Positions 59,761-64,000 of a stretch of 64,000 bases of DNA are shown here, piece after piece. The notes beneath the pieces were generated by a model. That model saw only the letters and a program-made list of their open reading frames with translations. It ran no database searches and had not been told where the DNA came from. The position numbers were made by a program, and so were the translations under genes. Source of the DNA: Spirochaetia bacterium. Its GTDB lineage: Bacteria > Spirochaetota > Spirochaetia > DSM-16054 > Sediminispirochaetaceae. Location of the stretch: positions 832,001 through 896,000 of the forward strand of contig JAXHMY010000001.1 of the NCBI GenBank assembly GCA_034520965.1, written 5' to 3'. The stretch's first letter is position 1, and each line of letters opens with the position of its first letter.

Positions 59761-61665
59761 TTAGCCTTTGAAGTCTCCCGGTTTAATTACGTTTCCGTAT
59801 TTTGCCTGGGCGGCTTTGATTTTTTCGATGGCAGCGTCCCATTTTGCAATAAGGGATTTGGGTGTATCAGTGTCCATCTTGTGGTAGAACTCTTTGGTTC
59901 TTTCAAGTTTCTCGATCCACTTGTCACAGCGGAAGCTGAACTGATGTGTATAGGTAGCTTTGTCGTATTCGGCCTTCATGTACTTCTTGTACAGCTTGGA
60001 GATATCTTCGTAGGTCGGAATTATTCCGGTGGGAGTTTCGTAGCCGCCGAGCTCGCCATGTACCCGTTTCTCTGCCCAGTGGAGCCATACCTTTTTGGCA
60101 GTTTTTGGGTTGATGAACTTGCCGTCCTCGCCCTTCAGGAAGTAGTTGGTAGAATAGACCTTAGGAACATCTTTCATGCCCTTCACAAAGTCAATGTTGT
60201 TCATGGTGTACTCACCCAGGGGGTAGGAGACGAAGTCAAGGTTAGCCATGGGGCTGGCCTTTCGGACACCCTCGGCACCCAGGGTTGCTGAAGTGGTTTC
60301 AGACTCGAGGGTTGAGGCCTTTAGTACAATACCCTCTTCCCAGTTGTGGGATTCTTCGACCGGAACAGTGGTGTCGCTGTCGCGTCCGCCGTACAGCACG
60401 CCCTGCACCTGTACACCCTTCTTATCCTCAAAGCCGTCTTTGTCAAAATTATCCAGGTAGTCGAGGCGCATGGTGTAGCGGGAGTTACTGTGGGCAATGC
60501 CTATTTCCTGTCCTTTGGAGTCTTTCTTGCCTTCGTACCAACCGGGTCCGGAGTGGTTGTCACCCTCTTTGGGGGTATCCATGCCCATGGCGATCCAGTA
60601 GGGGTTGTTGTCGGGCCCGCGGAGCACGTTGGAGAAAATAAGCTCCTGAGGTATTAACAGGTTCTTGAAAATAAGCGGATCATCTTCGGCGTTTACCTCT
60701 TTGATAATACCGAAAATGCCCTGCTCGACGTTTACCGCACGAAACTGTCCGTCGATGTTGCGGAAATAGGCAATGTCGTCGCCGACAACCTCTTCTCCCG
60801 GGATCATGGCAGTTGAAGTTTTACCGCATGCGGAGGGGAACGCGCCGGCGAAATAGGTTTTACGGTCTACATCGTTGTCGGCAGCGGCCATCAGAAACAT
60901 GTGCTCACAGAGCCAGCCTTCCTGACCCGACTGGTTAATTGCCAGACGCATGGAGTGCTTTTTCAGTCCCACGGAGTTACCGGCGTACTGGGCGTTCATG
61001 GAATATACAATATTGTTCTGAGTATCCATATAAATACGGCGCTTATCCAGGTTTACCGAACAACCGCGTTCGTCAAGCTGACCGGCGGAGTGGATAAAGC
61101 GGTAAATATCATCTTTCTCTACCTGAGTCTTCATTTCTTTGAAGTGCTCATACGCATTGCGGTAGAGGATCTGCTCGGAGTGGAGTACGTACCAGGAATC
61201 GGTAAACTGAATACAGGGGCGGGTAAATTCGGAGAAGGTAGGGCCTTCTGCGAAGAACTTTACTACCGCGTCTTTGCCGTCCATAATGTTCTTTGCAATA
61301 CCCTGGATCTCGGCCAGTCCTTCTTCATACTCAACACTGTTGAGCGACTTCATCCGTTCCAGGTTTTCCTTGTATACCATGAACTTGGTATTCACCTTAT
61401 CACGGGCCTGGTCTCCGTATCCATCCCAGTGGATAGTTTGCCCGTCTTTTGCCAGCTTGTGCTCTTCGCCCTTTTCAATAGCCATCTTACGTACATAGTT
61501 TTCGTCGGCTTCACTGTCGTCGCATACATAGATGGATGCGGGGTTACAATGCTGAGCGAAATACCCTACGTGGTCGTAGACCTTCTGGTTTTCGAGTGCC
61601 ATGAGCTTTTTGTAGCTCTCTTCACTCATCTTAGATTTTAAGACATCATCGTATTTCAGGTCCAT
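59761..61665 (-). CDS. pckG: Phosphoenolpyruvate carboxykinase (GTP)
   Basis: WLCEHM, AFPSACGKT, VGDDIA, HSNSR. Confidence 0.93.
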   Translation of the reverse strand: MDLKYDDVLKSKMSEESYKKLMALENQKVYDHVGYFAQHCNPASIYVCDDSEADENYVRKMAIEKGEEHKLAKDGQTIHWDGYGDQARDKVNTKFMVYKENLERMKSLNSVEYEEGLAEIQGIAKNIMDGKDAVVKFFAEGPTFSEFTRPCIQFTDSWYVLHSEQILYRNAYEHFKEMKTQVEKDDIYRFIHSAGQLDERGCSVNLDKRRIYMDTQNNIVYSMNAQYAGNSVGLKKHSMRLAINQSGQEGWLCEHMFLMAAADNDVDRKTYFAGAFPSACGKTSTAMIPGEEVVGDDIAYFRNIDGQFRAVNVEQGIFGIIKEVNAEDDPLIFKNLLIPQELIFSNVLRGPDNNPYWIAMGMDTPKEGDNHSGPGWYEGKKDSKGQEIGIAHSNSRYTMRLDYLDNFDKDGFEDKKGVQVQGVLYGGRDSDTTVPVEESHNWEEGIVLKASTLESETTSATLGAEGVRKASPMANLDFVSYPLGEYTMNNIDFVKGMKDVPKVYSTNYFLKGEDGKFINPKTAKKVWLHWAEKRVHGELGGYETPTGIIPTYEDISKLYKKYMKAEYDKATYTHQFSFRCDKWIEKLERTKEFYHKMDTDTPKSLIAKWDAAIEKIKAAQAKYGNVIKPGDFKG

Positions 61666-61804
61666 ACACCTCTCCTTATTATTTTATCGATGTTCAAATA
61701 TTGGTTTGGGACTATCTTATCTTCTATGAAGCTTTTATTGCAACACCTTGCAGCCTCTTATAAGGCTATTGACTAGCAAAAATTTCAGTTTTAAGCTGTT
61801 TGTT

Positions 61805-62746
61805 ATGAATATTGCAGTGTGGCTTGAAAGCCCGTATTCCAGTTGCTGGACTATTACACCGACACAAATTGAATATATGAAAAGCCGTATTCCCGGTGCA
61901 CAGGTGCAGTATGCCCGCTCGCCGGAGGAATTTGTCGAGCTTTTACCGAAGGCAGAAACCGCAGTCAGCTGGTTTTTCGAACAGAAGTGGCTCGATCGCG
62001 CCCCGCTGCTGCGCTACCTGGTCACGCCGGCCGCCGGTTTCGACTACTTTTCGGTTGAGCTGCCGCCGCAGGTACAGCTGAAAAACTCCCGCTTTCAGGG
62101 AAAAATTATCAGTGAATCGGTGATGGGAATGCTGCTGTCCCAGAGCCGGCGTATCGCCGAAAGTACCGAACGAATGCGTCGCGAAGAGTGGCCGCGAGTA
62201 GAAATTACCAACCGCATGCGGCGGCTGAGCGGCTCGCACGTGGTAATTCTGGGTTTTGGTAATATCGGACACTGGATAGCCCGCCGGGCAAAGCTGTTTG
62301 GTTGCAAGCTTACCGGTATTAAACGAAACAGCGATACGCCCGCCCCCGATTTTTTCACTCATGAAGACCGGATCGAACCGGTTGCCCGCTTAGAGAGCAT
62401 TCTGTCCACCGCCGACCACCTGGTACTTGCCCTGCCCCGCAGCCCGCAGACCGACCACATAATCGGCCGCCGTGAACTGAAGAAGCTGCCGAGAGGGGCG
62501 GCACTGTATAATGTCGGACGGGGGAATGCTATTGACGAGGCAGCTCTGGCCGATGCACTGGGCGCAGGCTGGATAGATGCGGCCTACTTAGATGTGTTTG
62601 AAACGGAGCCCCTGCCCCAAAGCTCGCCCCTGCGCCGGTTTTCCAATTGCTACTTAATGCCCCACTCCAGCGCCGCAGCTCCTGACTACTTGGACCTGTT
62701 TATCGACGAGTTCTCGGCGCGCTACCGGCGCTGGCACGCCGGTTAA
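61805..62746 (+). CDS. D-2-hydroxyacid dehydrogenase
   Basis: GFGNIG, NVGRG, LDVFETEPLP, MPH. Confidence 0.88.
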   Translation: MNIAVWLESPYSSCWTITPTQIEYMKSRIPGAQVQYARSPEEFVELLPKAETAVSWFFEQKWLDRAPLLRYLVTPAAGFDYFSVELPPQVQLKNSRFQGKIISESVMGMLLSQSRRIAESTERMRREEWPRVEITNRMRRLSGSHVVILGFGNIGHWIARRAKLFGCKLTGIKRNSDTPAPDFFTHEDRIEPVARLESILSTADHLVLALPRSPQTDHIIGRRELKKLPRGAALYNVGRGNAIDEAALADALGAGWIDAAYLDVFETEPLPQSSPLRRFSNCYLMPHSSAAAPDYLDLFIDEFSARYRRWHAG

Positions 62747-62793
62747 TATAGGGCTTTGCCCGGAGGGCTTTTACACTGGGCCAGTGATAAAAT

Positions 62794-64000
62794 TTATGAG
62801 GATAACTGAGTAAGCTGGGTGTTCGAGCGGGTAAGTTTGTGTGCCAGCAGCTTAGACAGAAATATACCGTAGTGGGGATAGTTTTTCATTGCCTGCACAA
62901 AGGACTTGCGAGAGACCCGCACCAGCTTGCCGGTTTTATCGGCGGTGACGCTGGCGCTGCGACGGTTGTTGAGCAGGAAGGACATTTCCCCCATAAAGAC
63001 ATCCGCCGGAGAAAGCTCGCCGACTATTTTTCCGCTGTGGGTAACGGTAAAATGACCGCTGGAGATATAGTAGAGAAAATCACCCTTCTCACCCTCGCGA
63101 AAGACCACATCCCCCGACTTGGTAAACAGTACCTCCTCATCGGCAAAGCCTTCGGGAGTACCACGCTCGGAATACTCGGGATGCTGAAAGTTAAGCTGAA
63201 CTTCGTTGCCAGTTTCGTTATACTGAATCTCCGCACCGGAGTACTCAGCCATTTTTATTCCCCGCCCGTGGGGACGCATTTGATCCTGCTGTTCAATCTG
63301 ACCGCGCACCTTCTGTACATTAAAGCCCTTGCCCTGATCACGGATAATAAAGGCGGAGGAGTCACGACGGCTCTCCCACTCAAAATGCACCCGCTTGGCG
63401 GCAACCTCCGGATTAGAACAGCGCTCGAGAATAATATCCACCACGCTTTTGCCCTTTGAAAGCTCGGCATTTTTCTCGTCGTAGGTGATCCCGCAGTTTC
63501 CGTGCTCGATAGCATTGATCATCAGTTCGGCGAGGGCCATTTGCAGATCGAACTTATGTTCCCGAGGCCAGATAGCCCTGCTGCATGAGGCTGGTTACCG
63601 CAATACCGGCATAAATTGGAACGGCCAAAGGGTCGTTGTCAATTTCAAAAGAACCGGAGGAATGGCTTGAGAGGTGGGTGGCCAGCTCTCGCTGGAAAAT
63701 AAGCTGCCGGTTTTCAAGGATGATTGAGACCGATTTTGACAAGTGACTGACAATTCTTGATTTATCCAGCATTACCAATAAATTGAGTTCACCAAACTCG
63801 GTTATAATGGAGCGTTCATCCTGAGTCTGGCTGTCGTACACTCCGATCATGCCGAAACTGTGGAGCCAGGCATCTTTTTGCACAGCCTCTACAGTTTCGC
63901 GGTAGTTGATGAGGGGGTCATTGCAGTTAATGAGCACTACTTCGGGCAGTTCAAAATTGAGCGACTCCAGGGCCCGCTCCTGATTGGCTACCATCTTTAC
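62794..64000 (-). CDS. HATPase_c plus cyclic-nucleotide-binding protein (5' end outside window, frameshift near 63555)
   Basis: ELMINAIEHGN, DQGKGF, HGRGI, GEMSFL...RSASV. Confidence 0.8.

Noticed and set aside
34936..61641. Long antisense ORFs overlapping housekeeping genes
   Set aside because: Shadow frames of GC-rich coding sequence.
41934..64000. Mass pseudogenisation or programmed frameshifting in oadA, ldhA, MCP, kinases, cyclases (also hsdS, brnTA)
   Set aside because: Isolated indels in otherwise intact conserved genes, often in homopolymer or GC runs, look like long-read consensus errors; reads are needed to decide.

Overview
Bacterial chromosomal window, probably a spirochaete (an inference from gene content only). 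The centre (about 11.2-33.9 kb) is an integron-like platform on the minus strand. A tyrosine recombinase gene (33922-32849) is followed, in the same orientation, by an attI-like crossover at about 32809 and then 22 cassettes. These are delimited by 21 attC-like hairpin repeats plus one collapsed site. About two thirds of the cassettes carry toxin-antitoxin genes. The platform looks non-canonical. The recombinase lacks the IntI-specific I2 insertion and has an N-terminal HARP-like extension, and the repeats have an asymmetric TAAC-N5-stem...stem-N1-GTT geometry conserved by covariation. Two IS elements sit inside cassettes: an ISNCY-like element, and an IS110 inserted at the hicB Shine-Dalgarno with a candidate bridge RNA. 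A type I restriction-modification locus follows the last repeat and starts with a cassette-like leader. The right half is ordinary housekeeping and signalling DNA (ridA, amylase/tetR, lipAB, alkD, lemA, MCP, oadGAB, ldhA, pckG, sensor kinases and cyclases). Many genes there carry single frameshifts that look like sequencing indels. All family calls come from motif recognition by eye, not database searches.
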